DNA from: an uncultured Bacteroidales bacterium
Lineage (GTDB): Bacteria; Bacteroidota; Bacteroidia; Bacteroidales; Paludibacteraceae
Direction of reading: 5' to 3'
Length of the DNA stretch: 64,000 bases
Assembly: GCA_946544705.1 (NCBI GenBank)
Contig: CAMNMN010000011.1
Coordinates: 2,408-66,407 of the forward strand
Part shown: positions 18,259 to 27,406 of the stretch, piece after piece
How the letters are laid out: each line of letters starts with the position of its first letter
Numbering within the stretch: the first letter of the stretch is position 1
Notes under the pieces: model-generated
The model's input: the letters and a program-made list of their open reading frames with translations, nothing else
Database searches by the model: none
What the model was told of the DNA's origin: nothing
Position numbers and translations under genes: made by a program

Positions 18259-21200
18259 TTAGAACGTTACTTTGGTACCTAAGGTTACAGTTAACGGGAT
18301 AGGATATCCGAACGTAGGCACCTCTGGATCGACACCAGTGAACTTAGCCGAGTGAATGGTAAATACGTTCTGCGCCGAAACGAACCAACGCCAGTTTTGC
18401 ATTTTCATCTTGTCGCACGCGTTTTTAGGCAGGTTATAACCCAGCTGCAGGTTACGCAGTTTAAGGAACGAACCGTCCTCTACGAAATAGGTGCTGACAC
18501 GGGTTTCGTTATTATTGTTATTGGTTGACAAAGCAGGTATGTCACTATTGGGATTAGAGGGACTCCATGCGTCTAACACGCGCGTACCTTTATTAAGATT
18601 CGCTACATTCACGCCGGACCAAAGATCCGTCTGCTGCTTGAAGTCCTTCGTGATGACCTGCTGGCCGCCTACGCCTTGGAAGAAGAGCGTCAAGTCGAAA
18701 CCTTTATACTCAAAGTAGAAGTTCGCACCGAATGCGACTGCGGGTATCGGCGAATAGATCCAAGTCTGGTCTGCCTCGCTGACCACACCATCGCCGTTGA
18801 TATCACGATAGCGGATACGGCCCAAGCCTGCACCCTCCTGATAAGCATGGTTATCGATCTCCTCCTGGCTCTTGAAAATACCATCGGCGATGTATCCTAC
18901 CTGCGATCCGATAGCGTGACCAACTACGGACTGTACGCCGTTGCCGCCAAAGGCACCGCTGGCTGCTACTGTTGCAGGCATATCGATTACCTTATTGTTA
19001 TAATGAGAGATGTTGGCGGAGATATCGTATTTGAAGCCTCCTTTGGTTTGGTTGCGGTAACCTAACTGGAACTCAACACCCATATTATCCACCGCGCCGG
19101 CGTTCACCCACTGCGATGCGCCTTCACCCATTACTCCGATACCGGTCATGAGCACGAGGATGTCTTTCGTTTGTTTATAGAACCAGTCGAACGAACCGTA
19201 GAACGTCTGTTTGAAGAAAGAGAAATCGAGACCGACGTTAGTCTGGGTCGTAGTCTCCCATTTGATATCGTCATTACCGATCTGCGTGCGGCGGAAACCC
19301 GAAGGAAGAATACCGCCACCGTTGGTGCCGGCGATGTCGTACGACGTACCGTAACTCTGACCACCGTTCTCGTTCACACCATAGTTGGAGTCGTAGATAG
19401 TATAACGCGCGGTAGCATTGATATCCTGGTTACCCGTCTGACCCCACGAAACACGCAGTTTCAGATCGTCCAACCACGAATTGGCTCCTGCCATGAACTT
19501 CTCCTGGCTGATACGCCAACCGGCGGAAACAGAGGGGAAGAAAGCAAAGCGGTTGTTTTTACCGAAACGACTTGAACCATCATAGCGCATCGTCAGAGAT
19601 ACAAGGTAGCGGTTGTCGTAACTATAGTTCGCCTTTCCAAAGAAAGAGATCAGCGAGAAACTGCCGCCGCCTCCATAAGCCTGGGCTATACCCGTTCCTG
19701 CTGACGGCCACATATAGGTAGGATTGAGCACGATGAAGTCCTCTTTATAAGCAGAGAACCACTCATCTATCTGTCTGTTAAGCTCCGTTCCCAACAAGAA
19801 GTCTGCACGGTGCTTGCCAATCTCCAGATTATAGGTAATAATGGCGTTCCACATCCATTTTGTCCAATGCTCTTGTTTTGCTTCTACGGCATTCTTATCA
19901 TTAGCCACCACACCTTCGGTGATGGGATACGTGAAGAAACGCTGCTTCTTCTGCGCATAGTCGAGACCTGCCGTAGTACGAATATTCAAGCCCTTAATCG
20001 GGTTGATATTGATGAACACGTTTCCGAACAAACGCCAATAGGTGTATCGGTTGTCTTTGTTGCGCTCCAGAATGGAGAGAGGATTCTCACGTTGCGGGAA
20101 GCCGCTGGACGAAGGAGCCTGCGCCAGATCGCCGTTGGTCGTATAGACCGGCAGCAAGGGGTTGTATTGGAGCACGCTCTCAATGTAACCGCCGGGAGCG
20201 CCTACCTCAGAAGTGCGGTTAAGCGTGAAGTTCTCACCGATAGTCACAATATCGTTCAGCATCTTATAGTCGCTGTTAACACGTGCCGAAAAACGGTCGA
20301 AGTTAGTCGTCTTGATAATACCGTCGTTTTTGTAGTAGCCCAGAGAGAAGAACGCACTACCCTTCTTACCACCGTTGCTGACAGAGATATTGTAGTTCTG
20401 TATCACGCCGGGACGGGTGGTCTGAGCAAACCAGTCAGTATTGCTTACCGGTACTGTTCCGGCAGCATCGAGGTACTTGTTGAGCATGATGTTATTCAAA
20501 ACCGGCTGGCCTTGCTCGTTATAACCCCAGTCGTAATGATACCCCAATACGTTGGTGTTCGGATCAGCCGTACCATCGTTGACATATGCCTGCCACATAG
20601 CTCGACCGAACTGCTCGGAATTGAGGACGTGCATACGGTTTACGTAGTTCTGCACAGCTACGGATGCATCCAAAGAGACACTTAACTTACCCTCCGAGCC
20701 TTTCTTGGTGGTGATGATGATAACACCGTTAGCAGCGCGCGAACCATATATACTCGCGGACGCGGCGTCTTTGAGCACCTGGATGGACTCAATATCATTC
20801 GGGTTGAGCTCATGCATGCCCGAGGTCGTAGGTACACCATCTATGACGTAAAGAGGATCGTTGGAGGAATTCAAAGAACCTGTGCCTCGGATACGTACCG
20901 TTGCTGTTCCTGAAGGGTTACCATCCGCAGAGATATTCATGCCCGGTACTTTTCCCTGAAGGGCCTTCATCGGGTTATTCTCCTGCTGTTTCTCCAGATC
21001 TTTCGCCGAGATAGCAGAAACAGCACCGGTCAGGTCGGCTTTACGCTGCGTCGTATAACCGGTTACTACCACTTCCTCCAGCACCTCGCTGTCCTCCGCA
21101 AGGGAGACTTTCATGTTCGCTTTCGGGAATAACTGCTGGGTCTTATAACCCACATACGAAATCACTACCATGGCATCTTTGCCTACAGGAAGTGAGAAAT

Positions 21201-21378
21201 TACCATCGAAATCGGTAATCGTACCATTCGATGTACCTTCCTCCAGTACAGACGCTCCAATGATCGGCTCACCCGTAGCAGCATCCACCACGACACCCGT
21301 AGCGGTCACCTGCGCGTACGAAGCCATCGTGCAGCATACCATCAGGAGAAAGGCTAAGAACACACTTTTTTGTTTCAT
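18259..21378 (-). CDS. SusC-family TonB-dependent outer-membrane transporter
   Basis: Carboxypeptidase-regulatory-like N-domain (GVVVDAATGEPIIGASVLEEGTSNGTITDFDGNFSL), plug, and a C-terminal barrel ending in F. I start at MKQKSVFLAFLLMV (ATG 21378), not 21480. Confidence 0.92.
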   Translation of the reverse strand: MKQKSVFLAFLLMVCCTMASYAQVTATGVVVDAATGEPIIGASVLEEGTSNGTITDFDGNFSLPVGKDAMVVISYVGYKTQQLFPKANMKVSLAEDSEVLEEVVVTGYTTQRKADLTGAVSAISAKDLEKQQENNPMKALQGKVPGMNISADGNPSGTATVRIRGTGSLNSSNDPLYVIDGVPTTSGMHELNPNDIESIQVLKDAASASIYGSRAANGVIIITTKKGSEGKLSVSLDASVAVQNYVNRMHVLNSEQFGRAMWQAYVNDGTADPNTNVLGYHYDWGYNEQGQPVLNNIMLNKYLDAAGTVPVSNTDWFAQTTRPGVIQNYNISVSNGGKKGSAFFSLGYYKNDGIIKTTNFDRFSARVNSDYKMLNDIVTIGENFTLNRTSEVGAPGGYIESVLQYNPLLPVYTTNGDLAQAPSSSGFPQRENPLSILERNKDNRYTYWRLFGNVFININPIKGLNIRTTAGLDYAQKKQRFFTYPITEGVVANDKNAVEAKQEHWTKWMWNAIITYNLEIGKHRADFLLGTELNRQIDEWFSAYKEDFIVLNPTYMWPSAGTGIAQAYGGGGSFSLISFFGKANYSYDNRYLVSLTMRYDGSSRFGKNNRFAFFPSVSAGWRISQEKFMAGANSWLDDLKLRVSWGQTGNQDINATARYTIYDSNYGVNENGGQSYGTSYDIAGTNGGGILPSGFRRTQIGNDDIKWETTTQTNVGLDFSFFKQTFYGSFDWFYKQTKDILVLMTGIGVMGEGASQWVNAGAVDNMGVEFQLGYRNQTKGGFKYDISANISHYNNKVIDMPATVAASGAFGGNGVQSVVGHAIGSQVGYIADGIFKSQEEIDNHAYQEGAGLGRIRYRDINGDGVVSEADQTWIYSPIPAVAFGANFYFEYKGFDLTLFFQGVGGQQVITKDFKQQTDLWSGVNVANLNKGTRVLDAWSPSNPNSDIPALSTNNNNNETRVSTYFVEDGSFLKLRNLQLGYNLPKNACDKMKMQNWRWFVSAQNVFTIHSAKFTGVDPEVPTFGYPIPLTVTLGTKVTF

Positions 21379-21441
21379 GATATTGTTAATTTTGATTGTA
21401 AAAAAGCAATGTAGCGAAATCCGATTGCTCAAATTCCGCTG

Positions 21442-21449
21442 CAAAGATA
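21442..21449 (-). promoter_or_regulatory. -7 promoter box TATCTTTG for the susC operon
   Basis: Plus-strand caaagata, about 63 nt upstream of the susC ATG. Confidence 0.55.
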
Positions 21450-21480
21450 CGCGCATTTTGACACACACGCAAAAAATCAT

Positions 21481-21536
21481 GTTGCAAAATATGCCACTAA
21501 TGTTTCACTGCAACAAATGTGACATATTTTGCAACA
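21481..21536 (-). promoter_or_regulatory. Candidate operator: three TTGCAA/GCAAC boxes upstream of the susC promoter
   Basis: gttgcaa-N22-gcaac-N16-gcaaca. The outer boxes form a perfect 12-bp inverted repeat, TTGCAAAATATG/CATATTTTGCAA. The first box lies 39 nt from the -7 box, exactly as at 12409. Confidence 0.5.
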
Positions 21537-21563
21537 ATTATGCTATCCTACGCATGTTGTGTA

Positions 21564-23033
21564 TTAGCGCACGCTGGGGAGATGACCGAAGTACTCTTTA
21601 TAGCATTTGGTAAAATAGCCCGGGGAAGAAAAACAGAACTCTAACGATACTTGCTGGATTGTCATGTCGGTCGTGCGTAGCAGTTCGTCAGCGCGAATGA
21701 GGCGTCTCTCGCGGATATAGTCCAGCGGGCCTTTCCCTATTGCTGTCTTAGCGCGGCGGAAGAGCTGGGTGCGGCTCAACTGAAGCATTGTACCTAAATA
21801 TTCCACGCTCAGATTCGGGTCAGTCAGGTGCTCCTCTACTATCTGTTTCAGCCGTTCAGCAAACGCTTCGTCTTTGCGGCTCAACTGGATCGCCTCCTGC
21901 ATGTTCTCTAATTGAGGAAGAATTTCATGTTTGATCTCCGTCTGGATTTTTCGTTGCTTAAAGAGAATATATCCCAAGGTAATCAAAAATAGAGTGAAGA
22001 AAAACACCACAAACAGAATTAGGATAAATCGGTCCAGTTGTTGTTGCTTCCATTTGTTTTCTGTTTGAGTCTGCACGATGTGCAGGGTTTCTAGGTCACG
22101 CGTGATAGCTTCGTCCTGTTTTAACATCGGATATGCAGCGGTGACATCTACCAGCGCGGTCTCAAGCACCGTATCACGCACAAACGGCTCTTTATGCAAT
22201 ATATGCGCAGCTGCTTCAATGACCATATCCCCACGGGAGGAATAGGTTGCGGTACATTCTATTTTGCCATCTACAATAGCTTGCAATCCCGGTTTAATGC
22301 CATCGACTCCCATAATGGGGATATTCTTTTTGGTCGATAGTTCGCTGTCTTTTACCGCCTCAGACGCTCCTATCGCCATGAGGTCATTATGAGCTACAAT
22401 AAGATCAATATTATGATGCTTAGCCAGAAATTCAGAGACGACTGCATAGGCCTCTTCGCGATACCAGCTTCCCATAACCGAATGAACCTCTATTCGGGGA
22501 TTTATACCATCCATCATGCCTTGATGCCGGAGCGTAGCGGGAGTTGAACCCGGTAGACCGGCTACTTCAAGGATAGCCAAGGTGCGGCGTGTGGCAGGCG
22601 ATGGGAGATGGGAGTTGACCCATTGTGCCATAAGCGATCCTACTTTGTAGTTGTCTCCTCCGATGAAAGCGGTCCATTCGTCACCGGTGACGCGTCTGTC
22701 TGCTACAATTACGGGGATACCGGCTCTATAGGCACGTGTAACGGCGGGTTTGACCTGTTCTGCTTCATTCGGGCTGACAATCAGTAGATCCACCCGTTCG
22801 CTGATAAAACTGTCGATCTGGGCACATTGGAGTTCGTTACTGCCATAAGCAATACGGCGCGAGAGCGTCATCTCAGGATGCAGCAGCAGTTCGCGCTCCA
22901 TCTCATAGTTCATCTTCTGCCGCCACGCGTCGTCCAGACACTGGCTCACACCAATACGGTACTGAGGCTGCCGCGCAGTACACCCGACAAAAATGAAGGA
23001 CAGAAAAAGGATACCGATATAGAAGTTTTTCAT
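21564..23033 (-). CDS. Membrane-anchored one-component regulator: periplasmic sugar-binding (PBP type I) domain, TM helix, AraC-type HTH
   Basis: The N-terminal RIGVSQCLDDAWRQKMN..VDLLIVSPNEA..IPVIVADR..AHNDLMAIGA resembles the fructose-binding sensor domain of B. thetaiotaomicron BT1754. TM helix FILILFVVFFFTLFLITLGYILF. C-terminal AraC HTH. No HisKA, HATPase or REC module. Confidence 0.8.
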   Translation of the reverse strand: MKNFYIGILFLSFIFVGCTARQPQYRIGVSQCLDDAWRQKMNYEMERELLLHPEMTLSRRIAYGSNELQCAQIDSFISERVDLLIVSPNEAEQVKPAVTRAYRAGIPVIVADRRVTGDEWTAFIGGDNYKVGSLMAQWVNSHLPSPATRRTLAILEVAGLPGSTPATLRHQGMMDGINPRIEVHSVMGSWYREEAYAVVSEFLAKHHNIDLIVAHNDLMAIGASEAVKDSELSTKKNIPIMGVDGIKPGLQAIVDGKIECTATYSSRGDMVIEAAAHILHKEPFVRDTVLETALVDVTAAYPMLKQDEAITRDLETLHIVQTQTENKWKQQQLDRFILILFVVFFFTLFLITLGYILFKQRKIQTEIKHEILPQLENMQEAIQLSRKDEAFAERLKQIVEEHLTDPNLSVEYLGTMLQLSRTQLFRRAKTAIGKGPLDYIRERRLIRADELLRTTDMTIQQVSLEFCFSSPGYFTKCYKEYFGHLPSVR

Positions 23034-23054
23034 GATGCAATAATCTCTTTACAC

Positions 23055-23095
23055 ATACGCGCGCACTTAATTAATGAAAATAGGTGCGCGCGTAT
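23055..23095 (-). terminator. Strong GC hairpin between the rnfA end and the regulator gene
   Basis: ATACGCGCGCAC-N17-GTGCGCGCGTAT, a perfect 12-bp stem. There is no clear U-tract. Confidence 0.5.
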
Positions 23096-23128
23096 ATAGA
23101 GGAAAGCATTCAGCTTTCAGGATTCAGA

Positions 23129-23731
23129 TTATACAACACCGCTGAAGCCCATGAAAGCCATAGCGAGGAGGCCGGCCGTGAGGAGGGCGATAGGTGTTCC
23201 CTTCATAGCCTCCGGCACTTTATTCATAGCCAGCTGCTCTCGGATACCGGCGAAGAGGATGAGCGCGAGGCTGAATCCGATTGCGGTAGCGAAGGCATAG
23301 ACGGTGCCGGAGAGGAGTCCGTAGTCGGCTCCGAGCGGCAGTTTAGCCAGCAGTTTATTCTGGTCCGCCACGATCAGGGCGACACCGAGGATACAGCAGT
23401 TGGTAGTGATAAGGGGGAGGAATACACCGAGCGCCTGATAGAGCGCCGGAGACACCTTCTTGAGCATGATCTCGATCATCTGCACGAGGGCAGCGATAAC
23501 GAGGATGAAGAGGATAGTCTGGAGGAACTCCACATGCCATAAGGTCAGCAGTTTCTGGAGAAGATAGGTAACAACGGTAGCGAGGGTGAGGACAAACGTC
23601 ACAGCAGCACTCATACCCAGCGCAGTATCGATCTTCTTACTTACACCCAGGAACGGGCAGATGCCCAGGAACTGGCTCAATACAATATTATTAACAAATA
23701 TTGCAGAGATGAATATCAGAAAGTAAACCAT
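23129..23731 (-). CDS. rnfA: Rnf electron-transport complex subunit A
   Basis: FVNNIVLSQFLGICPFLGVSKK and overall RnfA/RsxA similarity. Last gene of the rnf operon. Confidence 0.93.
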   Translation of the reverse strand: MVYFLIFISAIFVNNIVLSQFLGICPFLGVSKKIDTALGMSAAVTFVLTLATVVTYLLQKLLTLWHVEFLQTILFILVIAALVQMIEIMLKKVSPALYQALGVFLPLITTNCCILGVALIVADQNKLLAKLPLGADYGLLSGTVYAFATAIGFSLALILFAGIREQLAMNKVPEAMKGTPIALLTAGLLAMAFMGFSGVV

Positions 23732-23764
23732 TTCAATTAAAAATTTAAAATTAAAAATTACGAA
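23732..23764. repeat. AT-rich heptamer-word spacer (rnfE/rnfA)
   Basis: ttcaattaaaaatttaaaattaaaaattacgaa fills the whole intergenic gap. It shares attaaaaattacgaatta with the spacers at 25986 and 27366. Confidence 0.75.
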
Positions 23765-24352
23765 TTACTTCTTCTGCAGTTTGTTGACGATAGCCATCAT
23801 GTAAGCGAGGGCGATGAAGGCACCCGGCGCGAGGACGAAGATGAGCGATGCGAACTGGCTGCTATAGATCTGGAATCCGAAGGCTGTGCCGGCTCCGAGG
23901 AACTCGCGTATCACGCCGAGTACGGTAAGCGAGAGGGTGAATCCGAGTCCCATGCCGATACCGTCCAGCGCGGAGAGGCCGACGCTATTCTTAGCGGCAA
24001 AAGCCTCTGCACGTCCGAGGACGATACAGTTCACCACGATCAGCGGGATGAAGAGGCCGAGGACATCATAGATAGCGGGCAGGTACGCCTGCATGATGAG
24101 CTGGACCATCGTCACGAAAGTAGCGATCACGACGATGAAAGCCGGAATACGCACTTTATCCGGGATGAGGTTTTTGAGGAGCGAGATCACCACATTCGAG
24201 CATACGAGCACGAAGAGGGTAGCCAAGCCCATGGACATACCGTTGATAGCGCTGGTGGTAGTAGCCAGAGTAGGACACATACCGAGCACGAGCGCAAAAG
24301 TAGGATTCTCCTTGAGAATACCATTGGTGAGAGTTTTCATTGCATTATTCAT
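23765..24352 (-). CDS. rnfE: Rnf complex subunit E
   Basis: NPTFALVLGMCPTLATTTS motif; polytopic, 195 aa. Confidence 0.92.
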   Translation of the reverse strand: MNNAMKTLTNGILKENPTFALVLGMCPTLATTTSAINGMSMGLATLFVLVCSNVVISLLKNLIPDKVRIPAFIVVIATFVTMVQLIMQAYLPAIYDVLGLFIPLIVVNCIVLGRAEAFAAKNSVGLSALDGIGMGLGFTLSLTVLGVIREFLGAGTAFGFQIYSSQFASLIFVLAPGAFIALAYMMAIVNKLQKK

Positions 24353-24968
24353 GACCTACCTCCGTTTCTTCATTTTGTTCTTTATTCAATTGGCTGGCTC
24401 CGGTAGCGGCTTCTACCTCTTGGGCAGCGATAGCGGCATAGGCTTTGTTGATAGCCTTGAGGAAGGCCCGCGAAGAGATCGTAGCGGCCGTGATAGCATC
24501 CACTTCTCCTCCGTCTTTGGACACCGCGAGCGCACCGGCCTGGCGTCCGATAATATTTTGCGCCGGTTTATCGGCATGTTTGAACCAATGGTCGATATGC
24601 GCCCCCAGACCCGGAGTCTCGGTTTGCTTGAGGACCACATAGTCGAGCACTTTGCCTTCGGCATCGAGACCGACCATGATGACCTGCGGTCCGTCGAAAC
24701 CCACTTCGCTGGTCTCGACCGCGGTAGCAATCCATTGGTCGTCGATGAAGGCTTTGTAGATCGTCACCTCCTCCAGTTGCTCGGGTTCGGCAACGGTGCA
24801 TCCCTCAGGCAGGACAGCGAGGATAGCCGCCTGCTGTTTCTGCGCCTCCTGGAGGGCGATATTCTTCTCCGTAAGGATATAGACGCCGGCAAGCGCGCCT
24901 GCAGCAACCATAGCAATGATCACCAGGCTAAGAACCATGTTCTTAAATGTACTTTCCAATTTAGCCAT
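24345..24968 (-). CDS. rnfG: Rnf complex subunit G (FMN-binding)
   Basis: N-terminal TM helix plus the FMN-attachment motif VDAITAATISSRA. Confidence 0.9.
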   Translation of the reverse strand: MAKLESTFKNMVLSLVIIAMVAAGALAGVYILTEKNIALQEAQKQQAAILAVLPEGCTVAEPEQLEEVTIYKAFIDDQWIATAVETSEVGFDGPQVIMVGLDAEGKVLDYVVLKQTETPGLGAHIDHWFKHADKPAQNIIGRQAGALAVSKDGGEVDAITAATISSRAFLKAINKAYAAIAAQEVEAATGASQLNKEQNEETEVGHE

Positions 24969-24980
24969 AGCAGTACCTCC

Positions 24981-25985
24981 TTATGCTTTTTTAGGTTCGC
25001 CGAAACGCGTCGGGCGGAACTTGTTCAACAACGGAACGCAAGCGTTCATGATCAGGATAGCGAAAGACATACCCTCGGGATAATTGCCCCAAGTACGGAT
25101 GACCATAACGATGAATCCGATACCGATACCGAAGAGGATCTTGCCCCATGCGGTCATCGGGGAGGTGACATAGTCGGTAGCCATGAAGAAGGCACCGAGC
25201 ATGAGACCTCCGGAGAGGAGCTGGTAGGCTACATACTGTCCGGTAGTGAGTCCTTCGGGCAGGGCGCCGGCGAGGCCTGTGCAAGCAGCGAAGCAAGCGA
25301 CCGTAGCGATGATAGCTACCGGAATATGCCATGTGATAACGCGGCAGCAGATGAGGATGAGTCCTCCGAGGATCAGCGCAGCGGCGCTGACCTCACCGAG
25401 CGATCCGCCCATGACGCCGAGGAAGGAATCCCAGAGCGAAGGCAGATACTGAATAGCGGAGGCGTCTCCTGCTTCGACGATATGCTTGAGGAAATAGAGA
25501 GGCGTAGCGCCGGTCTCTGCATCGACATACGATCCTGCGAATCCCTGCGCGAGCGGCCAGGTGGTCATCTGGGCGGGGAAAGAGATGAGGAGGAACACAC
25601 GTCCCACGAGGGCGGGGTTGAAGGGGTTCTGACCCAGACCGCCGAAAGTCATCTTGCCTACACCGATAGCCACAACGGCACCGATGAGGACGATCCACCA
25701 ATCGAGATTGGATGGTAAGTTAAAAGCCAAGAGCAGACCGGTGAGCACCGCCGAGAGGTCGCCGACAGTCTGTTTTTTCTCCTTAAGCAGATAGCGGCCG
25801 ATGAGATACTCGGTAGCTACACATGCGCAGACCGAAATAGCCGCAGTGATCAATGCTCCCCATCCGAACTCAATCACCGACACCACATAGGCGGGCATGA
25901 GCGCGAGGATCACCAGAAGCATATTCCGGCGCACGCTGTCACCACTATGGGCGTGAGGAGCGGGAGCAACTATAAGATTTTTCAT
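24981..25985 (-). CDS. rnfD: Rnf complex subunit D
   Basis: GGLGQNPFNPALVGRVFLLISFP and the ETGATPL flavinylation motif. Confidence 0.92.
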   Translation of the reverse strand: MKNLIVAPAPHAHSGDSVRRNMLLVILALMPAYVVSVIEFGWGALITAAISVCACVATEYLIGRYLLKEKKQTVGDLSAVLTGLLLAFNLPSNLDWWIVLIGAVVAIGVGKMTFGGLGQNPFNPALVGRVFLLISFPAQMTTWPLAQGFAGSYVDAETGATPLYFLKHIVEAGDASAIQYLPSLWDSFLGVMGGSLGEVSAAALILGGLILICCRVITWHIPVAIIATVACFAACTGLAGALPEGLTTGQYVAYQLLSGGLMLGAFFMATDYVTSPMTAWGKILFGIGIGFIVMVIRTWGNYPEGMSFAILIMNACVPLLNKFRPTRFGEPKKA

Positions 25986-26021
25986 AATTAAAAATTAAAA
26001 ATTACGAATTAAAAATTTAAA
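25986..26021. repeat. AT-rich heptamer-word spacer (rnfC/rnfD)
   Basis: aattaaaaattaaaaattacgaattaaaaatttaaa. Confidence 0.75.
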
Positions 26022-27365
26022 TTACTTTTTCGCAGCAGCGCGCTCCCGGAGGATAGCGCCCACTTTGGCCTTGCCCGGGCGAATGCCGTCGAGCAGGCGT
26101 CGATGCGCAGGACAAGTGAAGACGCAGCAACCGCAGTCGATACAGTCCATGATATCATGTTTCTCGAGTTCTTCCCACATCTCGAGCTGCGCCATGCGCT
26201 GTAGCAGATAGGGCTCGAGTCCCATCGGGCAAGCCTGAACGCACTTACCGCAGCGGATACAGTTCTCTTCCTCCGGACGGATACTCTCCGCCTCGGTCAT
26301 GAAGAGCAGGCCGGAGAGACGTTTATTAGCCGGCATGCCTTCTATATGATCCATGGCGCGCCCCATCATAGGACCTCCGCCGATGATCTTGCCGGTATCC
26401 ACAGGCACGCCTCCGGCGAGGGTGATCACGTCCTCTATCGGCGTACCGAAGCGGACGGAGTAGTTGCCCGGTTTGGCAACATTCTTGCCGGTGACGGTCA
26501 TGACGCGGGAGATCAGCGGTTTATTCTTCTGCACCGCCTCATAGACGGCATAGACAGTAGCCACATTGTCCACGACGGCCCCTACCTCGATAGGGAGAGC
26601 TCCGGAGGGCACCTGGCGACCGATACAAGCGTCGATGAGCTGTTTCTCACCGCCCTGCGGGTAGCGCAGTTTGAGCGGCATGACCTCGATACCCAGCGAA
26701 GCATTCGCCAGTTTGGTCATATGCTCAATTGCGTCGGGTTTGTTATTCTCGATACCGATGATAGCTCTCTCGACACCGAGCGCTTTCTTGAGGATCTGGA
26801 TACCGATGATCAGTTCCTCTCCATGCTCGAGCATGAGCTGGTGGTCGCAGGTGAGATAGGGTTCGCACTCCACACCGTTGACGATGAGGACCTCCGCTTT
26901 CTTGCCCGGAGGCGGGAGCAGTTTGACATGGGTAGGGAAGCAAGCGCCTCCGAGACCTACGATACCTGCCGCTGCGATCTTGTCAATGATCGCTTTGGGC
27001 TCGAGGGTGCACTGGCGCGCTATATCGGGCGTGCGGTCGATCTCGGGCAGCCATTCGTCTCCCTCCACATCGATGAAGATCGCCTGTCCGGGTGCGCCCC
27101 AGGCGTCGGTCCATTCCCCTATCTTGGTGACTGTACCGCTTACCGGCGAGCAGATATTAGCACTAACGAACCCGCCGGCTTTGGCCAGCAGTTCGCCTAC
27201 TTTTACTTTCGCTCCGACAGCGACGACAGCCTGTGCGGGTGCGCCGATATGCTGGACAAGCGGGATGATAGCCTGCTTGGGCAGCGGGCACTCGGTGATA
27301 GGCCGGTGTGCGGAGAATTGTTTGTTGTCATGCGGATGAACTCCGCCTATTTTAAATGTACGCAT
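26022..27365 (-). CDS. rnfC: Rnf complex subunit C
   Basis: GLGGACFPTHVKL nucleotide-binding block and two 4Fe-4S motifs, CIRCGKCVQACP and CIDCGCCVFTCP. Confidence 0.93.
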   Translation of the reverse strand: MRTFKIGGVHPHDNKQFSAHRPITECPLPKQAIIPLVQHIGAPAQAVVAVGAKVKVGELLAKAGGFVSANICSPVSGTVTKIGEWTDAWGAPGQAIFIDVEGDEWLPEIDRTPDIARQCTLEPKAIIDKIAAAGIVGLGGACFPTHVKLLPPPGKKAEVLIVNGVECEPYLTCDHQLMLEHGEELIIGIQILKKALGVERAIIGIENNKPDAIEHMTKLANASLGIEVMPLKLRYPQGGEKQLIDACIGRQVPSGALPIEVGAVVDNVATVYAVYEAVQKNKPLISRVMTVTGKNVAKPGNYSVRFGTPIEDVITLAGGVPVDTGKIIGGGPMMGRAMDHIEGMPANKRLSGLLFMTEAESIRPEEENCIRCGKCVQACPMGLEPYLLQRMAQLEMWEELEKHDIMDCIDCGCCVFTCPAHRRLLDGIRPGKAKVGAILRERAAAKK

Positions 27366-27406
27366 TCTAAATTAAAAATTAAAAATTAAGAATTACGAAT
27401 TGTGAA
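27366..27406. repeat. AT-rich heptamer-word spacer (rnfB/rnfC)
   Basis: tctaaattaaaaattaaaaattaagaattacgaattgtgaa. Confidence 0.75.

Noticed and set aside
23034-23128. A TAnnTTTG promoter for the fructan regulator gene
   Set aside because: No CAAAnnTA is present on the plus strand in this gap. Only the GC hairpin is evident, so the regulator's promoter remains unidentified.
24093-25718. 541-aa ORF on the plus strand across rnfG/rnfD
   Set aside because: It is antisense to two genes with unmistakable Rnf motifs. Its translation is low-complexity and R/S/G/D-rich with no recognisable domain, which is a typical shadow ORF in GC-rich third-position sequence.
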